Position numbers and translations under genes: made by a program
Source of the DNA: Klebsormidium nitens
Taxonomy: Eukaryota; Plantae; Klebsormidiophyceae
Length of the DNA stretch: 64,000 nt
Assembly: GCA_000708835.1 (NCBI GenBank)
Contig: DF237106.1
Location: 105,021 to 169,020, forward strand
Direction of reading: 5' to 3'
Notes under the pieces: model-generated
The model's database searches: none
The model's input: only the letters and a program-made list of their open reading frames with translations
Told to the model about the DNA's origin: nothing
Part shown: positions 32,701 through 45,086 of the stretch, piece after piece
How positions within the stretch are numbered: position 1 is the stretch's first letter
How the letters are laid out: each line of letters starts with the position of its first letter

Positions 32701-35700
32701 CATCGCCATCCCAAGATCTAAGCTCACCTTCCGGTCGCTTCACTTTCAGCAACAAAACGGGGCCCTGAACGACGTTCGTTGCGAGCTTCAGAATATCACC
32801 TTCTGTCCACCGGAAGATCTACCGCTGGTAAGTTCCTGCTTTGATGCACAAGTTCCTTTGATAATCAAGCACTCTGAATCGAAGCCAAGCCTTCGATATT
32901 GCACGCCATGACCAGTTCTATGCATGGCATTTCTCTTTGCACAATGGCACAACGTATCTCCTCGATCACTCAACTAGTCTGCCTGCTGACCATCATTCTT
33001 GCTGGCGAACTGCAGTACACCACGCAGATCAACTCGGGCACCTGCATCGCGGACTGTGAGTGCAGAAGGCTCTCTTACCTGAATTGCTCCATCATTGATG
33101 GCGGGAAGACGATTGTGTTGGACGGAGGCGGTAGAAGGGACAATCCCATTTCGAAGCGGATGCAAGATTCTTCATCTTCTTCATCTCGAGGCCAGGGGCC
33201 GCTGTTCGGCCAAGCCTGACGAAGACGCGATGGCAATCTCTTTGCATTTGGCCTTGTTGGTTGCGTTTCAGATTTCACCACGAGCTCCTGAATTCTGGCC
33301 CGTAACGGTCTTGCATATCTGCTCTACAGCTGCGTGCGTGCCCCCGCCCCCGCCTCCAAACCCGCCCCCACCAAACCCTCCCCCCCCAAGTCCACCGCCT
33401 CCAAAACCTCCGCCCCCAAACCCGCCACCACCAAACCCTCCACCTCCGAATCCCCCTCCCCCAAAACCTCCTCCACCAAACCCGCCGCCCCCAAACCCGC
33501 CTCCTCCAAACCCGCCTCCACCAAACCCTCCGCCCCCNNNNNNNNNNNNNNNNNNNNCCCCTCCCTCCCACCGCCTCCCCCCCTCCCCGAACTCGTCCAC
33601 GCCGCCCACCACCCCTCGAACGTTCCCCGCCACCTCCGGACCTTCGCCTCCGCCGCCACCCCCTCGACTTCTCCCCCTCCTCCCACGCTCCCCCCCTCCC
33701 GAAATGCAGCCGCCACCACCCCCTGACTTATTCTCCGCCACCCCCGGACGCGGCCCCACCCCCAAGCCTGCCCCCTCCCGATTCGCCTCCGCCATCGAAT
33801 GCTCCACCTCCGGAAAGTCCCCCACCTCCACGTCTTCCCCCTCCGACCTCTTTTCCACCACCAATGTCCCCTCCTCCTGACCCCTTCCCGCCACCAATGT
33901 TGCCACCTCCGGTTGCCCCCCCGCCTCCAAATCCGCCTCCACCAACCCTTCCGCCTCCAGCTTCTTCTCCCCCACCTCCTAACTCACCACGGCCAAGCGC
34001 TTTCCCTCCTCCTCTTCCCCCTCCTCCCCAGCTTTGGCCGCCCCCCAACCCGCCACCACAGGTGCCCCCTCCTCCACCTCCCTCTCTGTCTCCCCCTAGC
34101 TTCCCCCCCCAACTCAAGTGCCGCCCCTATCGCCACCCCCAGAGCCACCCCCCCCTGCGGGTCCGCCAGACGCCGCGCTCGTCAGCTTTACCGCCATGGG
34201 AGGGGTGACTTTTCCGGTCTTCAAGTCAACAGGTATGTACCTAGAGCGTTGCGAAGACTACAAGTTTCGCACCCATCCTGACTTTGAGTCGGTAGGACTG
34301 GTTTTCAGCATGACATGTGATGCGAAGGCCCCATCGTAAGGCCGGTACTCGGTCAACTCTCATTCCCTAGGCAACAACTCAAAACAGCTTTACAGCTCGT
34401 AGGTTAGGTGATCTCTTAAGTCTCTTGTTCTCTAAACCTTGAGCAGGTGAATCAAGGCAAATTAAATCCAATCTGGTGAATTGAACGAGAGTCCTTTCTT
34501 GCAGGCACACTCTACACGATCTTTGTGGTAAAAACCGTTTCGACAATGTCAGTCCTCGCCACTGCCGCTGACCCGGGGTCGTCGATCACGGCGTTCCTGC
34601 CCTCCGGTGAGACCATGCCGATCACGAGCGGGGTGCTATCGGGCGAAATGGCCGTCGTGAGATCTGGGGTGTTGACTTTGTCTGTTACGGTGAGTTTACG
34701 TGGACACCAGCTCAAGTGATAGCTCTTGCTCTCACTCATTCAGTAGATGAAAATTGTGCGTATGCAAGACTCATGTCTAGGAACCGACCGGAGAGAGTCG
34801 AATAGACCGACAGAGTTCGAGCACCGAATAGGACCATGAAAGAAATGTGGGGTCATGGCTCTCAAGCGGTCCCTTGTATAAGTATTTATTCTGACGAATA
34901 CTTGCAATTGGAAGAAGAGTCAGTTGGCCCAATGTTGTCTTTCGCATCTTCCGTGAACATGACGTCCCTCTCAAACCTTCTTGACTGATCCAATATTCTA
35001 GGCGCTCATCCAGTTGCTGTGCACAATGTCTTAGCGAGACTGTTTTTCTTATTGCAGGCGTCAGACAACGTGACGAATCAAGTCTACTACTTCCGCTTGG
35101 AGCTTCTGCAAGGCCTAGACGCCTCACTCCAGCTCCTCTATCTGAGCGCCGGACCCCTGTCCCCACCATTCTCCCCGGCCATCCTCAACTACACAGTCAC
35201 CGTCACATCCGTTGTCGGGATCGGAACGCTGCTGGCGGTCAGCACTGACTCCGGAGCATCCATATCGGCCAACTCAGGCACGGCGAAAAAGAGCCAGATC
35301 AGCCAGTCCGTTCCGATCCCTCGCGGTGCCTCTCTCCTCAAGGTTATGGTTACGTCAGAGAGCCTGACCAACGTCACACTGTACACCATCACAATCCAGG
35401 CGCCTCTGAGCCCCCCTCCTTCCAGCTCCGTTACTCCTGCCCCCATCCCGCTAGGACCTAAGCCACCGCCTCCCACCTTTTCCGCCCCGCCCCCGCCCCT
35501 GGAAGTTGACTCACCGGTGGTCCACTTTCTGTTGGGGCCCTTATCGCCGACCAGCAGCCAATCTGCGCAGCTCTCTTTCTACGCGACGGAGGGCCCCCAG
35601 AAAGCATGCCCCAACTGCATCTTCTACTGCGCTCTCGACTCAGCCCCGCTCCAACCGTGCACCTTCACCGGGCCCCCCACTCTAGATCCCGCTCTCCAGC

Positions 35701-38700
35701 AGCTAGTTTACACGGTCTCGGTATCCGCTCTGATTGAGGGAGCGCACAGCTTTCAAGTCAGGGCGTCCGGTACGGTAGGGAAACTTAGCGCCTTCAACAG
35801 TTACGATTGGGTTATCGACTGGACGCCCCCGGTTACTTACATAACCGCCAACGTTCCCAGCAACCGGCCGACCAGCATTCAGAACGTAGCCTTCAGTCTG
35901 AACGTGGTAGACACGGCATCCGACGGGACTTCAGCGGTTCTTTGCCCGGCTTGCCAGTCCCAGTGCGCCATAGACCAAGGACCTCTCTTCCTGTGTCCGC
36001 AATCCAAGCCGATCGCTTTCTTCCTGGGAGCTGGTCAGCATACCTTTGCTGTGACGAGCATCGACGTGGCTGGAAACGAGGAGTCGCCGCCAGTTCGGTT
36101 GAACTTCGTGGTAAGCCAAGGCTAAACCGAAATGTTCTGGTTCTCGAAAACTGTTAGTACACGTTTGCGACGCGTTCGCTCCATACACAGGACTCCAGAA
36201 ACTTCAGGAATGATCAAGATAGTGGTTGACGACCACCGCTTCCCCGCCCTTGAAGAGGGTGCTTCAGCTATACTGCGCGTGACCGGTCGAAATGCACCAC
36301 TGACGTGTCTTTGCTTTGTTTCCGAGGTAGCCGTTTCATCCGTGCAGTCTGCGCAACAGACTCACAAGAACAGGCCATCTTTAATCCTCTCGTCCGATAC
36401 CACAACATGCCTTAAACTGCTTATGAACCCCTTGTTCTTTAACGCTGAGGCAAACGACGATCAAAACCGTTTCCCTTGTCTCCTGCAAACGCACAGCGCG
36501 TCCAACACTGTACGCCCCTGCCCCTTTTGCAGATTGAATTGACCCCCCCGGAAGGCCGTCTGACCGGACAGCCCCCGGTCCTGACTCCGTCGAACTCGGC
36601 GAGCTTCTTCTTCGTGGGCAGCATCGCCGGGGCCCAAGCCCGGTGCGCCGGGTGCACGTTCCGGTGCCAGCTCGACCAGCAATCAGCCCGGTCGTGTCTC
36701 CCGGGCAGCGGAAACACAGCTGGAGCTACGTACAGGTACTAGTGCAAGTTCTTCTGCTTGACGGAGGTCTTGCAAGCCTGTAGATGCCGAGTGCCGACCT
36801 TCTGACGGCTCACTTTGTTCAAATGCGAACGAGATGGCAGTAACTGCTGTCGAAGAAAGCTTCAGGCGGATCAGGTTCTCGAATGGATTTCATCGAGTGG
36901 ATCTGTTGATTTGCAGAAGTCGCTCCGCGTCTTGCCCTGATCAGCTGTGTTGTTTCGCAGGCTAACCGACAATTTTGCCGTGCGCTGAAACACAGTGATT
37001 TGCTAACATGCGACACCGTTCCACTTGTCTCTGCGAAAAAAGGCTACTAATTTCTGAAGCCCGGTTCATTCTTGCTTCCAGAAACCTCACGAACGGCGCG
37101 CACTCCTTTCGCCTGACCACCACCGACCCCGACGGCGTCCTCAGCTCGACCCTGATCTACAACTGGACCGCCGTTCTAGTTGGCCCCGACGTGGGCATCT
37201 TCTACAAGCCGCCCCCTGATACCGCACTCTCAAACGCCACCTTCAAGTTCTCGGCGCTTGCCTTCGGTGCAAACGCCTCGTCTCCGTTTCTCACTTCCAA
37301 CCAGTCGGTTCCCTGCCCCGGGTGCCTCTTCTACTGCTCCATCGATACCGGCGCCGCCGTGGTATGCGACCCGGGTGCCGGTTTCACGTCTACCGGCCTC
37401 TCAGAAGGCGCTCACACATTCTCGGTGCGCGCGGAAGACGTCTTTGGCAACGTGGGGGCGCCGACGGCCTACACGTGGCGGGTCAACTTCAGCCTGCCGC
37501 TCGGGAGCGTCATATCCGGGCCGCCGCTCTTTGGGGTGACGAACAGCACGTCAGCGGTAGTGACGTTCTTGGGCACTCTGCGGAACTTGCCTTGTGCCGG
37601 CTGCACGTACAGTTGCCAGGTTAACGGTAACCCTTTTGTGGATTGCGACGCGGCCACGCCTCTCAAGCTCCTCAACCTGCAACAAGGGCAGCAGAGTCTC
37701 GTCGTCCAAGTGAATGACGTCAGCGGCGCCTCAAGCCTCTCATGGCCGTACCAGTAAGCGCTACATTCCCCAATTTAAACTTTTTGGAGTCTTGCTTCTT
37801 GTCAAAGTCTTCTCTAGTATACTAAGAGATTAGAGGCTGGCGGAACCTGCACTTCTGTGGAGCAGGCTCTTGACTGTTTTGCTTCTCGAATTGAAAGACA
37901 GGGATTTAAGGTTGAAGCTGCATTATCAAGTGCGAATGCCGTTCATCCCCGACAACGGTTACGTCAGCAGAGAATGACTTCGGGCGCACAACAGCTGAAG
38001 AGAAAGGCAAGGTGCAAACCTGCGGCTGGCTTTCTGTTGCGCCCAGAAGATGGTATTACTCTCTGCTTTTTGGCATCATTCTTTCCCGCCTCGACCCGTG
38101 AAACCTACTGCGCTTGTGAAAAGATTTGAACAGTGGACCTGTCTCAAGCACAACCGGATTGTTGCAATGCACTCAGACCTTCGAATGCTTTCTTCTGCAG
38201 GTGGTTCGTCGACACAGTACCTCCAACGGTCGCAATTCTCTCCGGCCCTGCTCCGTTGACGGGCCATCCGTCCGCCCAGTTCGCTCTTTCCGCCACGGAC
38301 ACGCTGCCCAACGGAACGCCCACGGCCTGCGCCGAATGCAGCTACCGGTGCTCTCTGGATGGGGCCCCTTTCCAGCCCTGTCAAAACCCGGTCGTTCTGT
38401 CCAACCTGGGGTCCGATGACTTCATCACAGCCCACGTGTTCCGTGCGGTTGCTGCTGACGTGGCAGGCAACGTAGCGCTTATTCCGGCCGTGTACGGTTG
38501 GGTTGTCGACCGCCGCAAGCCGGTCATTCAGCTCGTGAGCGGCCCCTCCAACCCGAGCAACGCGCGGAACGGAACCGTTCACTTTGACGCGCGCAGCACC
38601 GCCGATTCTGCCGGGTGCCAAAACTGCACGGCCTACTGCGTCATCGACGGCGGGGAGCCCTTTCTATGCAGCGATGATGACGTCAGCTTTGCAAGCCTTT

Positions 38701-41700
38701 CCTTCACCGATCTGCCCGCCGGCCTGCATACCGCCACGGTCTCTTTCAGCAACGCGCTCGCCGTCTCGGCAAGCTACACCCATTCCTGGGTCGCTGACTT
38801 CACACCCCCCGTGCCTGACGTCACCCTCCCGGCGTCGCCCGTCCGTGAGAACCCGGTTCCCGTCCTCGTAACCTTCAGCGAGGCTTGCCTCGAGTTCACG
38901 TGCGACAGTGTGACGTCATGCGAAGTCGCCGTGGTCGGGACGGCGCTTCCAGCACCAAATACGTGGCGCTCTCTGGGGGAGCGGCAGTACACGGTTCTCA
39001 TTGATGTAATAAGAGATGGACCATTAACCATAAGCATTCCGACCGGGGTGTGCCAAGATGCTGCGTGGAACCCCAACGCACCAGCAACTTTCTCCGTGAA
39101 CTTCCAAGCGAATCCGCCTCAACCGGTCCTCTCGACCACGATTGTCCCAGTAAGAGTTAGTGTCAACGGAGTTAGTACGCCTCTGTGGGCTACGAACTTG
39201 GCACCGATCCCGTTCTCCGTGGAGTTCACTGAAGCGGTCAGTGGTTTTGATGTGAATGGGATATCGGCAAACGGCGGCCAGATAAGGAGGCTGAAAAGCT
39301 CCTCAACCGGGCACTCAGCGGTTAGCCCGGGCTCTTCGTCAAACGTGGTAGGCCAGGAGAGTTTAGTCAGTATAGGCGCAAACGCGACGGTGGCGCGAAG
39401 TTTCAGCAGAGCGTACACGTTCGAAGTCTGGCCGCTCGCCAACGAGCGGGTCACCGTCCAGATTCTAGCGGACAGCTGTACGGACGCAATTGGCAGTCCG
39501 AACGAGGCCTCGGACGCGGTGTCCGTGCTCTTCGACACCTCAGAACCGACGGTCGCGCTCAGCGTCAGCAGCTCCTCGGCCACCTCCATCAAAATACGTG
39601 TACAGTTTAGCGAGCGGGTCTTAGTTCCATTGAACGGCTCAAACGCCGCAGAACTAGAGCGCGCAGACTTCGGAGCATCGCAGCTAAGCACCAGCAGTTG
39701 CAGCGTGAGTGATCTCGTAGCGCTGAGTGATGGGCGCAGCTACCTAGCAACGGTAGCGCAAGAGGGGAGTGTCCGGCAGGGAATGGTCTGGATCTCCGGC
39801 GGTGCGGTAGTGGACCTGGCAGGTAACCCAAACGTGGATTCGAAGGTTCTGCCGGTCGACTTTGGTGAGCGTTTCACGAACTTTTCTGCGAACTGACAGC
39901 CCGGTCCGTTCCTTTTACTTTGTCGTCATGAACCCAGATTTGAGAAAAGAAAGATTCGCATTCTGAAATTTTCAGCAGAGGATATTAGTTCCCAATCTTT
40001 TCAGGCGCCATCTCGACATTCCCGTCGTTGCGCGTGACTCCAGGATTATCAATGTGTCCGATTTGTCGAATTGAGTCACGTGACAACGTGAAGGCCTATC
40101 CTGCCGATGAAGGGCTCTTCCATGCCGCGCAGTGCCCTTGACTTCATGTGGAAGTCATTGAGAAGTCAGGCTCTCCCGTCTTTTGTTCGCTGTTGTGTTC
40201 AATTGTCCTTTGCCTCTCCAAGACGCACAAGCGCGGCTGAATTCTACCCTCAATTCTTTCTGCGCGCCTGTTGCGTTTTCTAGAAACTTCGTCAAACTTT
40301 CACTTTACAAAGCAGCCGTCGGTCTCATTATACCTCTTCCTGACTTCCCTTTCGACTCGAACGCATCTCCCGATCAAGAGCCTCAATCGTGCCTTCCTCT
40401 CGCTACTTCTCCAGGTGGCGTGCTGGGGAGTCTCATCGCGACCGACAGCCTCGCGACCACCGTCGGGATCTCCCTCGGGGCAGCCGCTCCAGCCTTGCTC
40501 CTAGGCATTTTCGCTAGCGTTTCGGGAGTCGGTGCTGCTGGTTTACCCGCCTGGGCACCCCTGGCCACACCATACGTGGTTCAAGGAAACCTGCTGGGCG
40601 CGATTGGGACCGTCCAAACGTTCGCCCTGCTTCGAAAGCTGGGCGTCCGGCAGTCGGAGGCTTTCTCGAACATGGCGTCACGCCTGGCCTGGGTGGTGAG
40701 TGGAAGTGGCTCCCTTCCCTTTGAGAATGTTTTGAGTCCCCTTCTTGGGTTTTGGGTTTTCTGGCTGTTCCAAAGTTTGATGCTCTTCAGGGCCGAGCCT
40801 TCATGTGCGCACGATCATTCAGAGGCGCCGGTCGCGGACGAGCCGACGTTTCAGCGTCTGGCGGAAAGTTTCTTTACTTAGAATCACCAATACGATGAGA
40901 GCTCTGCCTGGTCGCGCGAGACTAGCTGGGTTGCATCTTTTCGTGGACCTCCACGGCAAAAATCTAAGTCGATTGAAAGTAATTGGTTGCAACAAATGCA
41001 AACGACTTTTTTAGAGCGCATATGCTCTGCAGCGGCTTGTACACAGGCAAGAATATCATTCTATGTTCTGTAATCCCTACGCCTAGATGGCGCGCTGCAG
41101 AGTATTCTGAGGAATGTAAAGCACGCACCTCCATGAAGCCTACGCTGCCAATACGTTGGATCCACGCTCCTTTGAGGCGATCCTTACTAAATCCATGACA
41201 TCCCATCACGCTCCCCGCAGAATTTTGAAAGCACTTCCGCGGCGATTGCTGCTAGCGCCCCGTCAGTGAAGCAAAGCGTTCCGGGCCAGAGGAGGCGTCT
41301 CTTGCAACTTGACGAAAGCGGAACAAGGGCGGCGTCGCCAAGCGGGCTGGAACCTGGAGGGTAAGAAGCCCAGCGTTCTTTCGTTTCAATTATCGTCCAC
41401 AATCTGTCAGCTGTGGCGTTCCTAAGTCACAATGTTGCAATTTGTAAGAGCACACGAGAAACGGTAACAGTGACCTATGTCTATGATACAAGCTTTGTAC
41501 GAGTAATTTCAGTTACCGTTTAGCTCCTCCAAATCTTGAGTACTACTTGAGTTTAAATTCTTAAGTTCAATCCGCCTGATCAATCATTCCCTTGAAAGCT
41601 TTGGAATCCGAACGACCGTGACGTTCACGCCACTCAAAAGTCGGGCAGCGGACACCTTTGTAGCCGATGTGCAAGCCAGCCTATTGCGTCTCTCAAACTC

Positions 41701-44700
41701 TCATAACTTCCGAGTTCCTACCCTTTGACGCCGGGATTTGTGCACATTGCTACACCTGGAGGCCATCCAACCTTCTCTTTGCCCCATCGCCGTCTCTGTG
41801 TTTTGGGTGCACTCCCTTTAGCTAGCTGGCGACAAATTGGCACATGTCCGACCATGCAGGTCGCCCAAAACACCCATTGACTTTAGCTCAATCCCATCGT
41901 TCTCCTGCAGCTGGGGGCCTTCCGGGCTCATCTTAATGCTTGTCGCCGTCACTCTATCGGTGGCCTCCATTCTGCGACTGGTACTAGACTTCGCGTTCAC
42001 GCGCCTCCTAAAACGGCGTCTCCTCCCGAACCTTCTGTTTCCAAGGCTGGAGCTCTTCGCCGGCCTGGTCTGCTTCTACGGTTTGACGCAGGCTTGCGCA
42101 GCGCTAGTTAGAGGTGGGTTTTCCGGCATTGACCAACTTGGAACCTCTTCTTCTCCTTGAAGCCCCTTTAAGCTCGGAACACGGACAAGTACGGTGTCCG
42201 CATTTCAGTTGAATCCCGGTTGTGCTAGATATCGCAAAAGGTTCTAACTGCTTTTGGGGCATTCAAGCAGGCGGGTCGAAGATGAAAACTTTCACAGTCG
42301 TTCGGACGACGCCTGAAAGTGACAGTCTTGGCTCGTTATGCTTTTTAGTATGCTTTTCAAGGAAAGCTCAAAAGTCCCTGCTGGACGCGACCCCTACATC
42401 TAGCTGGATCCGCCAATAGCCAGAAAGAGTTCCACTGAGGTCAAATGACATGGAGAACCTCGAGCCGTACGTCAGTCCAGCCGCTCCCAAAGCATTAACG
42501 TGACTTTTCCCGTTGCTCGTTGACTTCGCAGACGCAACCTTCCAGCACAATCTTCAATGCACTGCGGACGCAAAGTTTGTCTTTAGCACTCAAACTCCAA
42601 CTTTACCTTTGCTTTTCAGGAGGATCTCCGGGCCAGGTCTTCGCCGGCGCGCTTCTGCTCGTCCTCCTCCCCTTTTCGCTAATTCTGGCTCTGCTAGCGT
42701 TTCTCACCTCCTCCCTTATCCTGGTAAGCGAATCATGGTTCCCTTATCGTTTGCGAACTCTCTTCCCTAAACTGCAGCGTCTCTGTCGTTGTGATGGATC
42801 TGCGCTCATGGGCAAATGCCCCATTTTTTCCTTGAGCTTCTGATACATTCGCTCGATCGGATCTTCTAAAGTAGCGTCACCGCTTCATATCTAAGTTTGG
42901 TTCTCGTCAACGTCTATTATTTGCTGCTCAAACTGGCTTCCGTGTCTGCAAAATCGCAGCCGTAGAAAGAGCTCACCACACATAGCAAGGTTGCTTGTTG
43001 CTGTGGGCGATTATTGCACCTTTTCCGTGCTGTTTTGGATTCACTTGGGCAATCATGTCACCCTGCCCGTGCTGTTCTGATCGAAGTCTGTGCGCCTGAA
43101 ACTTCGTGGATGCGAAATGTCGTGATGCAGTTCATTAATCTATTCTTTGTGTTCTTCGCACCTTGGAAAGTTGATTCTATATGCGGATTGCGTTTCTTTT
43201 TTTTTACAACGAAGATACAGGGAAATGCTTGTTCAATGGGAAACGATTTTTTCCTATCACAGGATTCCGAATCCCGGTTCGAAGAGGAATGGAAGCCGCC
43301 TGCGAAGCGCACCTGGAAAGCGCGCGCGGCCGCGGTGCTCGTCGGCCGTGCGTGCCCCGGGAGATGGGTAAACTACGTGGCGGATGACGACACCCGTCCG
43401 CGATCTCGCTTCGTCGGACGCTTTGGACTGCTCTTTGAGGCGCTCCGCCCGCCGTCGGACGCTAGGCTCTTCGTTCTAGGCAGAGCCCGAGAAAAAACCT
43501 CTGCAACCATTCATAATAGACTCCGGGACTCAGTAGGACATCGGATAGAAAGCGCACGCAGAAACGCGGAACGGGACGGCGAGTCTTCATTCAACGTGCT
43601 GGTAGTACCTCTGCAAAACCCACAGGAAGTTTCCGAGGGATCCCCCGCCAGTTTCGTCGGCGCGGCCCGCGTCCTCATTCGCATGCTGCGGACCTGCCAC
43701 GTGGCAGCCGTGCTCACCAAGCGGCTCCTTTTCGGCGCGCTCTTGGGCGCGGCAGGGCGCCGCGCCGCCGGGGCCGCTCCGAGCCTCGCCCAGGTGTGGG
43801 CGCTCCTGATGACGTCAGCGGCTTACGCCACGTGGCTTGTCGTGGGCAAGCCTTACGTCAGCAGGGCCGTTCAGGGCGTTGAGATTTTGACGGCCCTGCT
43901 AGAGCTTCTCACGCTGTGCCTGGCGCTGCAGTCTGGACGGGCGGAGCTTAAGGCTTCCCAAGACGGGACCGTGTCTGAGGGAAGCGTGAGGGCTTTCGGA
44001 ACGGCCATGCTCGTATTCCAGTTGCTGGCGATAACCGCGCAAACCGGGTATCAGTGGTGGGCGGTTTTCGTGGAATTGAGGGCTCGGTGGCGCCTCTGGG
44101 CGCGGGCGAGAGAGCGGACAGCGGTCGCCGAAAAAATGGGGCAAACGGTTCGGGCGCGAGGGTTAGCGAAGGGCAAGCAACGAGGCGGGAAGCGACACCT
44201 GTCGCCGAATGTAAGGTCGCGGGAGCTCAATGGGGTGTGGCCGGATCAGTCAAGGGCGGAAGTGTGGCCGGATCAGTCAAGGGCGGAAGGACAGCCAAAC
44301 GGAATACGGTACCCGAAAAGCGCCCACGTTAGAAGGGGACGGGGAGCGGCGAAGGCGGCCACGTCACCACCTCCCGCGCGCGAGCAGAACGGCGGTGCGA
44401 AAAACGGGACCCGTGCCTTGCACCGGGGGGGGCTGAAGCGAAGGGTTTCACGCGGGGAAGAGCACGCAAACGGTGAAAGTAAACACATGACGATGCGTTC
44501 TGAAGGGAGAGTAGAGCATCGGCGGGGCGGCGTTCGAAAACGCGCCGAATTGGACGTTCGATCGGAGCGCCGCGCAAGAGAGCGGAAGGGCGGGGAGAAC
44601 GGAGCGGACATTCTGGACGAGGTGGTGACACGTGGCACGTCGGACCGTGAAGAGACCTATTGGCAGGAGGCCAGGATCCGCGACTGGGCGAGGCAGTCCG

Positions 44701-45086
44701 CTGAGAATCTTGTGGCAGATCGGGCCGACGTCAGGGGCGTGCGGTTTGAAGACGCCAGTGACGTCACCAAGGAGTCTAGAGAGGGTTCTGGTGCGCTCAA
44801 TGGACTTGCACGCGTGTTGAGGTTTTCAGAGGCAAGCGCGCTCGTTGGGAATGGTAACGGGTCGCTCACGGCATCGTCTGGCCCTGAGTATCTGTTGTCA
44901 AAGATGAGAGAAGGGGGCATGCAAAAGCTGTTGAGACTGAAGAGCCGGAGGCAGGAGAGGGGATTGTCTAGCTTGACCGTTTTTGTGGTTTCGGAAGCAG
45001 AGTCTGACGAAGCGGAGGGCGATGAGGCAAGAGCAGCTTCTGGTGTTGCAGGTCGTCGAGCGAACCTGTCGGCTTTCACATTTTAA
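29782..45086 (+). CDS. Giant multi-exon cell-surface protein: signal peptide, PMP-type beta-helix repeats, Pro-rich extensin-like rod, cadherin-like and bacterial Ig-like domains, multi-pass C-terminal membrane domain
   Basis: Exons read: 29782-29938, 30322-30620, 31395-31568, 31932-32090, 32386-32463, 33016-33055, 33330-34232, 34505-34689, 35058-36110, 36533-36735, 37082-37753, 38201-39864, 40223-40695, 41221-41360, 41911-42113, 42620-42723, 43263-45086. Motifs: HLLFLLCFSLFAQAVV (signal), GGA[IL] with FxxNxA repeats, FSPAILNYTVTV, VDTVPPTVAI, GAHTFSVRAEDVFGN, LLFPRLELF, RFGLLFEALRPP, QVWALL...KPY. Frame breaks occur in the C-rich exon beside a gap, and small exons may be missed. Confidence 0.8.
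33340..34160 (+). repeat. Extensin/pherophorin-like Pro-rich coding repeats (PPPN, PPPS, PPPK units)
   Basis: PPPPPPNPPPPNPPPPSPPPPKPPPPNPPPP... with a ~15-bp period. Confidence 0.9.
33538..33557. other. Assembly gap (20 N) inside the Pro-rich repeat
   Basis: Run of N. Confidence 1.
35607..38648 (+). repeat. Seven Ig-like modules sharing C-x2-C-x3-C-x-[LIV]-[DN]
   Basis: CPNCIFYCALD 35607, CPACQSQCAID 35943, CAGCTFRCQLD 36644, CPGCLFYCSID 37314, CAGCTYSCQVN 37593, CAECSYRCSLD 38328, CQNCTAYCVID 38616. Confidence 0.9.
44235..44288 (+). repeat. Perfect 2x27-bp coding duplication (VWPDQSRAE x2)
   Basis: gtgtggccggatcagtcaagggcggaa repeated twice. Confidence 0.95.

Noticed and set aside
33268-34117. 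Gly-rich antisense ORFs (GGGGF repeats)
   Set aside because: They are the reverse complement of the Pro-rich exon.
33560-34120. Pseudogene call for the giant surface protein because of frame breaks
   Set aside because: The breaks are confined to C-homopolymer sequence adjacent to an N gap, and all other exons are intact and in phase. Sequencing error is more likely.
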